This document shows, one piece after another, positions 1-22,615 of a DNA stretch of 64,000 nt (the stretch's first letter is position 1; every line of letters starts with the position of its first letter). The notes below the pieces were generated by a model, which was given only the letters and a program-made list of their open reading frames with translations, ran no database searches and was not told the origin of the DNA. The position numbers and the translations under genes are program-made. Source of the DNA: Paraspadella gotoi. Taxonomy: Eukaryota; Animalia; Chaetognatha. The stretch covers positions 19,992,115 through 20,056,114 of the forward strand of contig CM119263.1 of the NCBI GenBank assembly GCA_051294375.1, written 5' to 3'.

Positions 1-2396
1 AGCTCCGTCATTTCGTCGTGAATCTGACGAGATGCGCGAATCGATCCCAGAATATGACAAGTGAAAGCGACGATCAAGCATGTAGCGGAGCAGATGGCCA
101 AACGTGTATAATGTGTCAGGATGTAAATATCCCGAGATGTTTCCACGGGACGGTTCGATCCTTTGGCAGTTTCTGCCGATAGTCGAGTGTTCGCGACGAA
201 TTCAAGCCATCGAAAGCCAGCAAAGGCTAGAAACTGAAAAGCCGTATTGGTCCAACCAAAATATCCTAAGTAGTTGATATAAGTTCTTATTGACGTTTGG
301 TAGAAACTAAGTCCTTCGTCAAAGGCTTTATTATTTTTTCGATAATTTTCATGGTCTTTGAGAGTGGTTTCATTGGCATCATCCCATTCTTTCTTGTTAA
401 TCGAATCCAATGGCAACAATGTATCTTTTCCGAACAGATCATCATAACTTCCAGTGTTTTTTACCACTCCTCCTTCAAGACGAACGATTTTGTCCAACTT
501 TGATAGAAACCGCGTCGAACTGGTCGCCAACACCCGGCACTTTTTTCCCAGTAGCCCCTTGTCTGAGAGCACCGCTTCAAACACCCATTTGGTCACGGTA
601 GCGTCCAAGGCCGCCAATGGCTCATCGAGTAAATAGACATCATGGTTCGCATAGACAGCACGAGCAAGGGCCAACCTTGACTTTTGGCCGCCGGAAAGAG
701 CGGCGCCACCAACTCCGATTTCCGTCTGATCTCCCTCCGGAAATGAGAGGAAATCTCGATTCAATGCGCAGGCTTCGACGACGGCGTCGTAATAGGCCTT
801 GCGATAAGGAAACCCAAAGAGAATATTTTCTTTGATAGACGCGTTTTGAATCCACGGGGTTTGAGAGACGAGCGCGATTCGACCGACCATCGTCGCGAGG
901 CCATTAACTATTAACAATTGCCCCGCGAGCGCCGCTAGTAACGTGGATTTTCCGGCGCCTACCTCACCGAAGATGGCGATCGATTCCCCTAAAGTTCCAT
1001 GCAGGTCGATGGAGTAAAGACAAATTGCGCTTCCTTGACGTCGGGCGAAAGAGGCGTTGATCAACGTGATGACTTTTTGGTTGTACTCTTTTCCGCGCGA
1101 TGAATTTGAAATCACTCGCCGTCGGTCTGTCGACAAAATGTCATGAAAGTCCGCAGACTCGACGTTGTCGCGAACCTCATCTTCCTCGACGTCATCGTCG
1201 TCGTTCAGATAATCGTCCATCTTTTGACCAGCCACGTACGATTGAGTGACAATCGAAATTGAATAAGGCAGAGTCCAGAGCGCAAACTTGACGCTGTTCA
1301 GCAGCGCCAACGCGACGAATGCTCTTTCCGGCTTCAAGGTCGTGCCAGAAATGGATTCCGCTGATGAAGTGGCGAAGGCCAAGGCGCCAATCAATATAGG
1401 TGCGGCATTAAACAGAAAATGACCAAAACTCTGCCACCGCATTTGAGCTGCGACAACACTTAACTCATTTCGACGCAACTTCTTGACTTTTTCCACAAAT
1501 GGGGCCTCCCACGTGTTGATTTTTATGGTTTTAGCGCCATCTAACATTTCTTTGAGAGCCCTCGTCCGCGCGTTCTTTAACGCTGAGACTTCGTGGCGCA
1601 TTTTCTTCCAACGCGTTCCGACGAAAGTGTTGACAGGAATCAATGCCGCCAGACATACAACACCAGCCGCGGCGCCGGCGTCTCCGATTTGCGTCCGAAG
1701 AAGATAAGCCGCGACGAGGAGGTGAAAAGGGATGAGGATTCCCGCGACGAAAAAAGGAACACCGTCAGCGAACTTTCGCGCGTCTAAAGCGACGAGATTC
1801 AAGATGGCCGCGTTGGAAGTTTTCGAGGCGTCCACGAGTCTTGTGCGAAGAGAGCGAAGATACAGGGCGACTACCGCGGTGGTTTGTGCGGCCAATCCTA
1901 CAGCATTTCCTTGCCACCAGAAAAAGCAGTGAATAAGCGGATGACAAATAAAGAGAGAAACGAGGAGAAGCGCGTAAAGGAGTTGTGGCCTTGCGTCGGT
2001 GTTCCTTGAGACCAAACTATTCAACATCCATCCAAGCACAACCGGCTTGAACAAGTCGACGAGGACGAAGATTATGCGAAGGAGTAAGAGCAAACCGAGG
2101 GAGCGAAAGTGACAAGATAACAACGTTGCTATGAGAGACTGGGATTTCGATGGACCGCGAAAAAAGCTTTTCCCGTGCTTTCTTTCTGTTGCCCGACGTC
2201 TCACAAATTCGCTGAAAAGAATCTCAACTCGCATGCTTTTAGGGGGAACCCACAAGTCTGCGACGCTTAGTACGATTTTCTGACCGCAACGAAGCAACGG
2301 AATGATCCACGATAAAGTCCATCGCGAAAACATCGAAGCGGTGTCGTATGGACATGATTTTTCTTTGATGTTGTAGAGGCGACCTTCCAGCGTCAT
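1..2396 (-). CDS. ABCC: ABC transporter subfamily C (MRP-like), 5' part; intronless ORF runs off the left edge
   Basis: Manual translation from ATG 2396: lasso-like CPYDTASMFSRWTLSWIIPLL, TMD1 with EMLDGAKTIKINTWEAPF, Walker A GEVGAGKST (~950-975), signature LSGGQKSRLALARAVY and Walker B VYLLDEPLAALD (~600-705). Missing from the ORF track because it has no stop in the window. Confidence 0.93.
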   Translation of the reverse strand, partial: MTLEGRLYNIKEKSCPYDTASMFSRWTLSWIIPLLRCGQKIVLSVADLWVPPKSMRVEILFSEFVRRRATERKHGKSFFRGPSKSQSLIATLLSCHFRSLGLLLLLRIIFVLVDLFKPVVLGWMLNSLVSRNTDARPQLLYALLLVSLFICHPLIHCFFWWQGNAVGLAAQTTAVVALYLRSLRTRLVDASKTSNAAILNLVALDARKFADGVPFFVAGILIPFHLLVAAYLLRTQIGDAGAAAGVVCLAALIPVNTFVGTRWKKMRHEVSALKNARTRALKEMLDGAKTIKINTWEAPFVEKVKKLRRNELSVVAAQMRWQSFGHFLFNAAPILIGALAFATSSAESISGTTLKPERAFVALALLNSVKFALWTLPYSISIVTQSYVAGQKMDDYLNDDDDVEEDEVRDNVESADFHDILSTDRRRVISNSSRGKEYNQKVITLINASFARRQGSAICLYSIDLHGTLGESIAIFGEVGAGKSTLLAALAGQLLIVNGLATMVGRIALVSQTPWIQNASIKENILFGFPYRKAYYDAVVEACALNRDFLSFPEGDQTEIGVGGAALSGGQKSRLALARAVYANHDVYLLDEPLAALDATVTKWVFEAVLSDKGLLGKKCRVLATSSTRFLSKLDKIVRLEGGVVKNTGSYDDLFGKDTLLPLDSINKKEWDDANETTLKDHENYRKNNKAFDEGLSFYQTSIRTYINYLGYFGWTNTAFQFLAFAGFRWLEFVANTRLSAETAKGSNRPVETSRDIYILTHYTRLAICSATCLIVAFTCHILGSIRASRQIHDEMTE

Positions 2397-3227
2397 GTCA
2401 GAAGCAAGAGATGTAAAGTTTAAAAACTATAATTGAAAATTCGAAAGAGAGTTTCGCTGAGAATTCAGAATATACTTATATCCTGTTAGCAATTAAAGTG
2501 TCACAAAAAATGTTTTGTTTAAAGTATATTTAAATAAATCGTATTAGAAAAAAAATTAAATGTCAAAAACTAACGACTATCAAGTGATGCTACGAGCACC
2601 TGTTCAGTAAATGGAATTTTTTTTACCCCATGAATCAAATCGACTGATACGAAATAAATAGTATTGTTTGTTTACTATGTTTACTCATCAAAGAAATAAT
2701 TAATAATTCCAATTTAAAAACCTTTTTTTTTATCTTTTGACTAAAATTTTTTTTTCTTTATTAACGTTTTCATCTTTGTCCTATTGTGAGTCATTTAGGT
2801 AAACAATTAACAGCTTTGTTTTTTATTAATATGCTGTTTTAATTTTTTATCTATCTAAACATTAAATTATAAACTAGTGACATATAGTAATCTCTTTTGT
2901 GACACTTGTTTTGGCTAACGGGGTAAAATTCTAAGCAGTTGAAAACTTGAAATATCGATAAACCTGTTTAATTAGAGAGTAAAAATAATAAAAAAAATCG
3001 AGTTTGAAAAAAAAAAGTTTATATTTTCTAAGCCACGCTTAGAAAAAAGATCCGGTTTCTTTCCTTATCATGTTCAATTACTTCTTATAACTTTTTCGTG
3101 CTAAAAAAAATAAGAAAGTTAACCACATGTCTTAGCTGATTTAAAATAATTTTTGAGAGAGATATTTACTAATATTCCCGATGCTCCGGTACAAATTCCA
3201 TGTTTTAAAACAAAACAAATTATTCAG

Positions 3228-5669
3228 GAATTGAGTGGCGCGTTTTTAGAGGACGACGACGTGAACGTGATTCGAGTGGACTGGAAGGGAGGGAGTCGAA
3301 CTACATACAGTCAAGCCACGGCCAACGCCAGACTGGTCCGTTTGTCTGCGCACGCGTGGTGGTGATCGTATGAGGATGTTTCCTAAATTACTACATTCCG
3401 TTTCGTATTAAGGTGGGCGCGGCGACGGCGCTTTTGCTGCAGCGGCTGAACGAATGGCGCGGAGCGGATGCTGGGGACGTCCACGTTATTGGCCACAGTC
3501 TCGGTGCCCATGTCGCCGGTTACGTCGGCCTCGGAATGAAGAAAACAAATTTGACACTCGGAAGAATCACCGGTAATACGTAATATAAGTTTCTTGGGTC
3601 ACAAGAGCGACATAAAAAAACCTGACTAACTGATTTTCCTTAAAAGTTGAACTTTTAGAAAATTTTCAATCACGATTGCAAGTCATACGAAAAACTAGCA
3701 CGTAGGTGATCGCGAAATAACATTCACTGATTTTCGGTCATCGACCATCTTTTCCCTTAAGGACTGGACCCCGCCGAGCCCTACTTCGAGGACTGCGATC
3801 CGCGGGTTCGACTCGATCCGACAGATGCAGCCTTCGTCGACGTCATTCATAGCGACACATCAACCGACGCATTCGATTTCGGATTTGGTAGAGGAAGTTT
3901 GTGGTGGCAGGATTGGATGATGACTGTGAATTAAATATTTAGTAAATAAGATGAGATCAGGGGCGGCGAGAGAAATGGCGGGCCCCTCCACTGGCCCCCT
4001 GGCCAAGCCCCCCCTGATCTCCATAATTTTATTTTTTCGTTTTCGATTACCGACTTTCTGCCTTGAACATTGCTCCAGTGCTTAAACTTCTGCCTCCAGG
4101 ACTTGCAACCTGGCATTGGTGTTTTACTGAATTTTTTTTTTCAATCACAATCATTGTGCCTCTCCTTTAGTCTAAATTTGTAAAATCTTCTGACGAGATG
4201 AGATTCAGCGCTTATTTTTAACCATGAGCGGCAATAGAGATACGGTTATATGGTTTTTCTTCTTCTCTTTCCATCTTTTTTCTCACTTCTCAGGGGCCTT
4301 CCCGGGCTCCCCTAGGGCCTCCCGAGCCCCCCCCCCATGTGCCCGGGCCCCTCGCCTCTCAACCCTTCTGGATGAGATTTATCTAGAGATATCAAAATAT
4401 TCATGAAGTCGACGAAAATAAAATATTACCGCCTCAACGAAAAAAATATTGCAGAAATATAACGCTCTCCATCACTGAAAATGTTGTACGGATGTTATAG
4501 GAATGCGGCAACCAGCGGGTCACCTGGACTTTTATCCCAATGACGGGGAGAATCAACCCGGGTGCGACAAAGACCTCTTGCGTGATATTCGCGTCGGCGG
4601 ACCGATTTGGGGCACAAGAGAATACATTGGATGCAACCACATCAGATCCTACATATACTTTACCGGTTAGACTATAACGTCTGGTATGTAATTATTATTT
4701 CACAATTCAGTATTAACCTTCAATAACTTATCCATTGGATAGTATTGGATAGTATCCGATGGATCCATATTGCCTCATCTCTTCTTCCTTTTTTCGCGAC
4801 CAGAAAGCGTAAAGCGTCGTCGTCGTCGCTGTCGTTTTCTCTCTTTCTTCTGCAAGTCTTATGCGGATTTTCAGAGAGGCGCTTGCATGAAGGACGGCGC
4901 CGCGGCGGTCATGGGTATCGATGCCGCTGAAGCTGATGGCGTCTTTTTTGATCGCCAGCCGTCGATGCTTTATCTTCGAACGAGCGGCGCGGCGCCTTTT
5001 TGCGCCACGAACGTCGGAATCGAAATGACTATCTCCGATTCTAGCCCGAAGAGGTCATTCATTCATTCGCCCCCATTTTATTGAAACCAAATCTCGAGCT
5101 TCTTACGATAACCATAATGTCAACAGATTCGGGCGTATTTTTGCAAAGTTCCATCGAGACACCAATAATGTCTTTCACCAACTGACATCCGGTGATGACG
5201 GTGTCTCTTTGATGCCGGGTGATTCCCTCTCGACCATTTTCTTGCCGTTTAACGGCGACGACGACAACGCCCTCTCAGAGGTAAAAAAGAAAGCAAAAAA
5301 AAAACTTGTAAAAAAAAGCAAACTTGTAAAAAAAGTTATCTCCACAGCGATTGCACGTAAAATGGGAAAACGTTTTTAAACCGATGTTGTCATACACTTG
5401 GCCCAGCCTCGTGAAAAAAACTTTAAAAATTTCAAGAGTGGTTCTCACAGTACCTCGTCTCATTGGACACAACGACAGGTATTGAAACTTATACAAAAAA
5501 AAAACAAAAAAAAAAAAAAAACAATAAAGCAAATAGTTTTTTGACAAAACTATTTTCATAATTTTTTAGGTTCGTTTGCGTTTGCGATAGAGGCGATAAT
5601 TGCATAGGAGGTGAAATGACCTTATCTGATGGGCTCAATGGGATCTTAAGTTGCAGTATGCTAGATTAA
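3228..5669 (+). CDS. Pancreatic-lipase-family triacylglycerol lipase, multi-exon, N-terminal exons not found in window
   Basis: Exons approx. 3228-3335, 3413-3572, 3762-3887, 4501-4675, 4804-5052, 5127-5280, 5348-5478, 5570-5669 with GT-AG ends. Motifs [25 protein letters not shown] (Ser), [12 protein letters not shown] (Asp), [27 protein letters not shown] (His). Confidence 0.92.
3958..4370. mobile_element. hAT-type MITE in lipase intron
   Basis: Starts CAGGGGCGGCGAGAG; flanked by perfect 8-bp direct repeat GATGAGAT (3950-3957, 4371-4378); homologous to 19492-19723. Confidence 0.8.
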
Positions 5670-5922
5670 GGCTTAATTTAAGTCGAACCACAAATTTATT
5701 TACTTTGTTTAAAGTTTGTTTATTGTTCCATTCATTTACTTTGATCATTATAATTAATGAAGTTTTGATTCCAATTTCGGATATTTTCTAACGATTCGAT
5801 TAAGCTTCAAGATTTATATCTTAGATAGGGCAACACTGTTCATTTACTGGTATTATTTATTACTTCAACATTCTGGCCATTTTACATTTACTAATTGATC
5901 AAATTGTAAAAAAACATATATT

Positions 5923-15589
<9,667 letters not shown>

Positions 15590-16257
15590 TGTCTCGATCA
15601 GTTTAAGAATGAGATTTTCGAATTCGAGTGGTGACGAACATTTATCAAGAAAAGGGCAAAAAGATGTCCTTTCAGTAGATTTCGCACCTTTTACGTATCT
15701 CGCCCAGTTTAAAAAAAAATTGAAGAAAAGAAAACCTTTTCGCACTTATATTGCATCGACCTTACTAGTTTGCACAATAAGAAGAAGACTAGTAATCCTA
15801 CTATTTTATTTTGTCATTGAGGCGAGGAGAGGAGAGAGGAAGGTGTTACTTTTAGTAAGAGAGACCGGTCGTAGGTCGCCTTATCATTCCGTTTTTGGGT
15901 AACTTTACTATTCGACGTCCGCAACCAAACTTAGCTGCCAACAGTCGGTGGTTTGTTAATCCATTATATTTTGTTTTCCCTCTAACGTCGAGTTTCAGTT
16001 TGCGCATTAATACACACTTTTTTTCGCAATAATATAATTTTTTTTAAAGTTATATATATATAAACCACCAAAGCCTGTCCAAAGTCAGGGGCAAGATAGC
16101 TTATTTATGAAATGAATGGATAATTTTTATATTGGTTGTACCAATTTCATAAAGAAAACAAAAACTATTTTCACATATGTATGAATATATATAAATAATA
16201 AAAAATAATAATAATAAATAATAATATACTTTTTTAAAGCAATAATAATTTTTTAGT

Positions 16258-16515
16258 ATTCCCCGATCTTTTCATACAATTGAAATATTCTTTGAAATAG
16301 TATACCACTTCATTGATAGGGAAGCCAGGTACTCTGGGAGTGAATAAATGAGTGAATTTTTTTTTTTTTATTGAAAGCTTGCAGGGACCTGCTATGTCAT
16401 TATCTCGTAAGAGTGATGGAAGACTTAAACCACCAAAGCCTGTCCAAAGTCAGGGGCAAGATAGCTTTTTTATTAAATGAATGGATAATTTGTAAATTGG
16501 TCGTACCAATTTCAT
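16258..16515 (+). mobile_element. Dispersed repeat with shared 3' end (5'-truncated retroposon-like)
   Basis: AAAGCTTGCAGGGACCTGCTATG...CCAAAGTCAGGGGCAAGATAGC...TTGGTTGTACCAATTTCAT. Other copies of variable 5' length at ~16060-16150, 28670-28840, 34420-34540, 51768-51833 (reverse), 52345-52592 and a tail at 7605-7628. Confidence 0.7.
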
Positions 16516-16619
16516 AACTTTGTATTAAGTTTTATAAAAAAATCGCATAAGAAAAATCTGGATTGACGACAAATTTTGATACTAAAAAAAAATCCACTTT
16601 GAGAAAAGAAAATTAATTT

Positions 16620-16860
16620 ATAAACAAAGAAAAAGAAAAGAATAAATATAAAGACAGAATAGAAAGGAAATAAAGAATAGAAAGGAAATAAAAAATAGAA
16701 AGGAAAGAAAGAATAGAAAATAAAAAGAATAGAAAGAAAAGAAAGAAAGAATAGAAAAAAAGGAAATAAAGAATAAAAAGGAAAGAAAGAATAAAAAGGA
16801 AAGAAAGAATAGAAATAAAAATAAAGAGAGAGTGACGAGAAGAAAGAACGAAATAAAATT
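16620..16860. repeat. AAAG/AATAG-rich low-complexity satellite
   Basis: Degenerate GAAAGGAAATAAAGAATA units; explains the Phe-rich spurious ORFs. Confidence 0.85.
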
Positions 16861-17834
16861 AAAAACCCAATGTTGCGATACAAAATGATAACATGCACGA
16901 ATGCGATGCTTAATTTTAATAAAAAACGCAGAGAGAATCAGACGAATCAGCAGAAGCACAGCAGGAGAAAAGAGAAAAAAAGAAAGAAAGCCCCTGCAGA
17001 GCCCAAGGAATCAGCGACTGGGGAAAAGAGAGAGAGAGCTACATATAATTAAAAGAGAAAAGAGAGAGAGAAGGAGACAAAAATAAAAATAGAGGAAATT
17101 TGTTTGTTTTTATAAAACAAAACATTTAATAACTGTCCTCACCCAATTTTAAGGACCTCGATATCAAGCTGTATATAAATTTTCAGCTTCATACACCCAA
17201 ATTTAATCATCAAAAAGGCGATCTATAAATTGGAACGCCGACGACTACGCCACTTATGTGCAAAAGCGTTATGAGATCGTTGCAAACGCAAAGCGATTGC
17301 AGCAATAAAAAGCAAATTTCGGATATTTCGGCTTCAATTTAAGCCTTCATCAGCGCATAAACAAATTGACTTGTGATAAAAATATTTTTTATCAAAAATC
17401 AAAAAGTTTTTGTACTGATGAAAGCTTACATTAAAGCTTTTTCTTAATAAAACTCCTAAATAAACAATTCATAGTCTACCACAAACAAATAATGCGAGAA
17501 ATAAAAAAAAAATAATATTTATGTTATATTTTTTAAACGGTTAACAATTCGGTTAAAAGTTGTTAAAGATTAGGTGTGGTAAGGGTTAGGGATTAGGGGT
17601 AGTAAGAGTTAAGGGAGGTTTTAAAATAGAATTTATAATAAAAAGTTTTTCTACCTTTACCAATATCTTATTTAAATTTTACATAGCAAGGTTTTTATAC
17701 TTCGCTCATAAGAAGCGAAAAACAAATCACCAACCGCAAAATCCCGGTCGGCGAATGTAAAAGTTCGCTAAGTTTTTAAAAACGATACTACCAAAAATTT
17801 TGAATATGTTTAACGATTTTTATTTTTATAAGCA

Positions 17835-17870
17835 GACATGTTTCGACTCACAATTTCGAATCTTCATCAG
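17835..17870 (-). ncRNA. Minimal type I hammerhead ribozyme motif (Penelope-like) within a palindrome
   Basis: Minus strand CTGATGA-A-GATTC..GAGTC-GAAA-CATG-TC; embedded in inverted repeat ~17811-17917. Confidence 0.6.
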
Positions 17871-18384
17871 CACTATTGTGAGTTGAAACATGTCTGCTTA
17901 TAAAAATAAAAATCGTTGTACTCAAATTAAAAATTCTTTGTAATCTCTCAAAACAACAAAACGAAATGTTTATAACATGAACTACACTACCAAATTGAAG
18001 TAATAAAAAAAACTAGTGCGATTAAACTTCAATATTTTAATCTAATCAAGTTTATCAGATCACATCGTCGGTAGATTAATTCTTCCGACTAGAATATTTA
18101 TTTTTTCTTACATATGAAAACATGACGTACATCAAGCAATATTAAAAATACGTACTTGTTGATTGCTGATATTTACTTGACATAAGCCTACGAGACAGAT
18201 CAAAATAAAGTTTAAGAGAATTTTGAAGATCTGTATCATTATGTGCAATACATGCGTAATTGCCAGAAACAATATAACATGTAAGCTGTAGATTATATTT
18301 ATAATTCTCAAGTATATATTTGCGAAAAGACAAGTAAAAATAAGCAGTAAAAAAATATAAAAACAAGATCGGTCCATCCAATGT

Positions 18385-18660
18385 ATTGCGCCGCAGTAAC
18401 CATCTTTTCACATGTATTTCCTTGTGATCACATGACTACATGATTATGAAATTTATGTATATATCACTACTCTGCAAGGTTTCATTTCAAACAACCAGAC
18501 TTTACGAGTAATATTTACTTACTTTATTTAATATTTACTTTTAGTGGGACAAACCCGACGGACAGACATACCAACCGACCGACCGAAAAGTGACTAATAC
18601 TATAAATATATTCTATAATGTATAGAGTTGCTCCGCGAGTACTCGCGACGCAACTAAAAA
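18385..18660 (-). mobile_element. Helentron-associated (HINE/DINE-1-like) element, family A
   Basis: Minus strand begins TTTTTAGTTGCG..CGCGAGTACTCGCGGAGCAACTCTATA hairpin, then GGTC/GTCC microsatellite and 3' subTIR TGCGGCGCAA. Copies at ~56150-56480 and ~54490-54750. Confidence 0.65.
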
Positions 18661-18737
18661 TCAGTGAAAACATACAGCGTATGTTTGTTTATAATCGTTT
18701 GTAGAAGAAAAAGTTAATCAAAGTCAAACAACAAAAA

Positions 18738-21700
18738 TTAAACTGAAGATGAGCTCAAAGGAACGACGGAAGACTGTTTGCCAAAGACTAGCAAATACGG
18801 CGGCGGTATTGGCGGGGGCGGATTGGAGGGTGGTTCATCAAAAAAGCGAAGGTGTCGTTCATAAAAGTCGATGACCAACTGAGGACACTTAACGTTGGCC
18901 TCCTCGGCCTTGACGACGTCGGCCTCCATCGTGTCGCGCCACTTGACCACCAGCCAGTGGCTGCGCGGCCAAGACGGGTCGTCTTTGGATGAAATTTTTG
19001 GCTTCGGTGAGAATTTGGGACCCGCGATAGCGGCAACAATGCACTCGGGAACGAGGGATCGATCGAAAACAGATTTGCCGTCGTGGTCAAACGATCGGGA
19101 TGAATCACTTTCTTGCGAGGAGAACGATGCAGATTTCTGATTTATGAAATAAAAAAGTAAGAAACTGAAGAGACAGTAATTATTGATAAGTGTTAATGAC
19201 AGAACCGTTCAATATAAGCAGTTCCTGAGCTTCGGATCAGGCTGTAACACCATGTTACAGGCGGGTTAAGCGCCCCGTCACTCTTAACTGCCAGACGACC
19301 ACCGGGCTAGAACCCCGGACCTTTGGGTTGGGAGGCGAATGACTTGCCTCCGGCACCAATGGCCGCTGATGAACGGTTGGTGGATTTTAGTCCACCATAA
19401 AACAATGATTTCAAATACTTGTATTTAAATTTATACTGGTTGGTTCCTTGTTTTAGATAAAAAAAATTTTTCAGAAGTTACATAATGCAGGCAGGGGCGG
19501 CGAGAGGGGGGGTTTCATTCGCCTGAGAAAAGAGAAAAAAGTAGGAAAGAAAGAAGAAAAAAGAAAAGAAAAAGAAAAAAAGAAAGAGGCAGAAGTTTGA
19601 GCACTGGAGCAATTCTCAAAGCAGAAAGTCGGTAATCGAAAACTAAAAACTAGAATTATGGAGAGCAGGGGGGGCCCGGCCAGGGGGCCAGTGGAGGGGC
19701 CGCCATTTCTCTTGTCGCCCCTGAATACAGGGGTGGGACCCTATATTTAGACAAAACTTAACGTCCTGCCCTGTCTGAACGATTTGAGATACAATATTAA
19801 AATGAGTGGCAATGGTTTTTTTTTTGGTCTTTTTTCTTTAAATGTATACAATGAAACAAAAAGATTTAATCGTTTTCATATGCGCGCATTGTATTGCATA
19901 CGATAAAAGCCATACTACTCAATATGATAATGGTATGTGTTATCACAATCCAAATAAAACCCATTTCATTTTTTTTTCAGGTAAGTAAAACGAAATTTTA
20001 GGAAGATTATAACGAATAAGCATAAATAGTCAAATAATTTATGTATTTCTTACCTTTTTGACGCTTTTAATATGCATTCAGAAATCTTACATGATTAATT
20101 TAATTATCTGACAATATCGTTAATAATTTTTTTTTATAAAAGTAAGTTAATAAAAATTAAACCATAACAGTTTAACCGAACCTGACTTACTTTAAAATTG
20201 TTTTTAACCAAAATACCATGTACACATTGCAAGAAGCATTGTTATACTACAAATAAGAACTACCAAAAATATTTCTAACTATAATAAAATGAGATGAAAC
20301 AAAGTATTCAAACTTTTTTTTTCAAACCGCGCAATTAAACAGAGCAGTTGCCTTTGTTGCATCAAAAAAAGGAAAATATCAAAGAATTTCAAAACAATTA
20401 ATATATCCTCTAAAAGCTAAGATGGAGTATTAAACGAATATTTTTTCAGATTTTAAAAATCATTAAGAGTTTTAGAGTAATGATTTTTTAAATTTTGTCT
20501 CGATATATGGTCCTACCCCTGTACTAGGGTGAAGTGAAAGTTTGGAATCAAAATTTAGCAGTTATATCTTGTATTTGATCTTTCTTTTTGTTTGTGTAAT
20601 TTAATGAAAAATTCGTTTTTGAACAACAATTTATTAAGTTTATAATGACATGTTTCGACTCTATGTTTCGAGTCTTCATCAGCAAATTATATCTTGAAAA
20701 CTATCATATTAGTGAATACTAATTTGTAATTATTTTTCTTTTTTTACAAATATAGTAGCGCAGTCAGCTTATTTTGTATATATATAACCCTTATATAATG
20801 TCAAAATTTCAAAATGTTTTTTTTTTATTTCTGAGGACAGATTAAGATTCCTCGTTAAAAGTTAATAGAAGAAAATATAAATCTTTTTCAAAAATCATGT
20901 CATTAAGCTAAAATTATAAAAAACTATTTTTAATAGGGATCAACTCCAGAGATAATATAAAATTTCGACTATTAGCAAAGTATTTTTAGTTGTCTTGACT
21001 AAATATTTAAGCAATCATTTTCAAAAAAAATTTACATTATACGTCTTAAATATATATACATATATATATACATTAAATATTACTTGTCTTTTTTACATTA
21101 TAAAATTTTTTTTTGAAATCTTAACATTTTTTGATGGATTCTGATAGAGCATAAAAAATTAAACAAGAAATATAATTATAGCTTTTAAAAATTCTTACGT
21201 TTTCTAAGTGAAAATATAAAAAAACTGGTAAAATTATCGAAAGATGATGATGATGATGATTTTTTATGGTTTTTCTTATTTTTGACTCACTTATCATGAA
21301 AATATTTAAAAAAGAATTATACTTTGTGTAGAAAACTTTTTATGAGCTATCTGAATCTGGTCTTAAAATTTAAAAATTATGAAAAAAATTTTTGGCCTTT
21401 CCTATTTATAAATAAATATTAAAAAATTAATTATTTGGGTATAGAGCCATATAAGAAATGTTTTGTCCATTGAAAGTATACTTCAAAATGTATAAATTTT
21501 CGTTTGAGCATGTAATCATTCTAAATTTTTGACTCACCCCATTGAGTGGGGCTACCCCTATTTTTAAGCTTGAAATTAAAAATGGGCGTCTTAAATATAT
21601 TTTTTTACATTTTTAACCTACCTAATGAAAAAATTTTTAAAAAAGAATAATACTTTCTTATATCAACTTTTTGCAAGGAATCTAAATCCGATCTTACAAT

Positions 21701-22615
21701 TTAAAAATTTGCATTTTGATATTTTAGCTTATTATATACTTATTACTATATATAAATATAGCTCACTGGTGGCCACTAATATATAAAATTAAAAAATAAA
21801 TTTACTAAAGTATTTTTATTGGTTTTTATTTTCATGTTTTATATGCTAAATATTAATTTTCTAAAATTTTATCATTTTCACATCACTCTACCCTGTCAAG
21901 TCCTGTGCAAAAAAAAAGGACTCTTAAATCCTAAATCCATGAAGAGACAGTAATTATTGTTGTGTTCGTAACCGAACCGTTCAATGCACAAGGTGCCACT
22001 CGACAGCCCGCCGCTAAAAAAAAATCGCCATTTGCAAACTTGTAAAGATTTTTTTAATCTGAAAGATTTTTTCTGTAGTAAAAACCTAAATCATTTATAG
22101 ATCTAAATTTTTCTCGGCTTTGTTTGAATACTTTAAAAAAATCATTGATCACAAATTGATTGTTAAATTTGAACCAAACTTGTACCAATAGTTCTTTTTT
22201 CCATAAAGGTTTTTTACCTATAAATATTTTTCACAATAAAGGAATCTAACAAGATTTATTTGGGCAATGTTTTAGGGCGTCTTTTTTTTGCACAGGTACA
22301 TAAGTAACTTTTAAATGGTGGTTGTTCCCTTTTTGAATTTCAAATATGAATTTTAGTTTTATCATTTCTCACCTCTCGTCGCTTTTTCTTTAAGGCGAGA
22401 ATCTCGGTACGTTTTTTATGTTTTGCCTCAAACTCAGCGACGAGATCGGGACAGTTCAGATTAGTTTTAGGTTCCCAAGTGTTTTCAGAATCGGGATAGC
22501 CCTCCCACTTGATCAAGTAAAGGGTGCACTCGCCGTCGTGCCTTCTTTTTAAAATCCTTTCGACGACGAACTCGTCTATTTCCGCCTCCATCGCTGTATC
22601 AGTGTCACTGGCCAT
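18738..22615 (-). CDS. HP1: HP1/chromobox protein (chromodomain plus chromoshadow domain), 2 exons, ~213 aa
   Basis: Exon 1 22615-22373 ([42 protein letters not shown]). Exon 2 19136-18738 ([42 protein letters not shown]). Phase-0 GT-AG join. Confidence 0.92.
19167..19393 (-). mobile_element. tRNA-Gly-headed SINE-like repeat (copy 1)
   Basis: Reverse-complement match to 27550-27776; tRNA-like head ~19295-19366. Confidence 0.7.
19492..19723. mobile_element. hAT-type MITE
   Basis: TIRs CAGGGGCGGCGAGAG / CTCTTGTCGCCCCTG; 8-bp TSD AATGCAGG / AATACAGG. Confidence 0.85.
20647..20682 (-). ncRNA. Minimal hammerhead ribozyme motif (Penelope-like)
   Basis: Minus strand CTGATGA-A-GACTC-GAAACATA-GAGTC-GAAA-CATG-TC. 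Confidence 0.62.

Noticed and set aside
16512-16959. Phe-rich ORFs, and likewise the Ile/Asn-rich ORFs at 22976-23303
   Set aside because: They are translations of low-complexity satellites.
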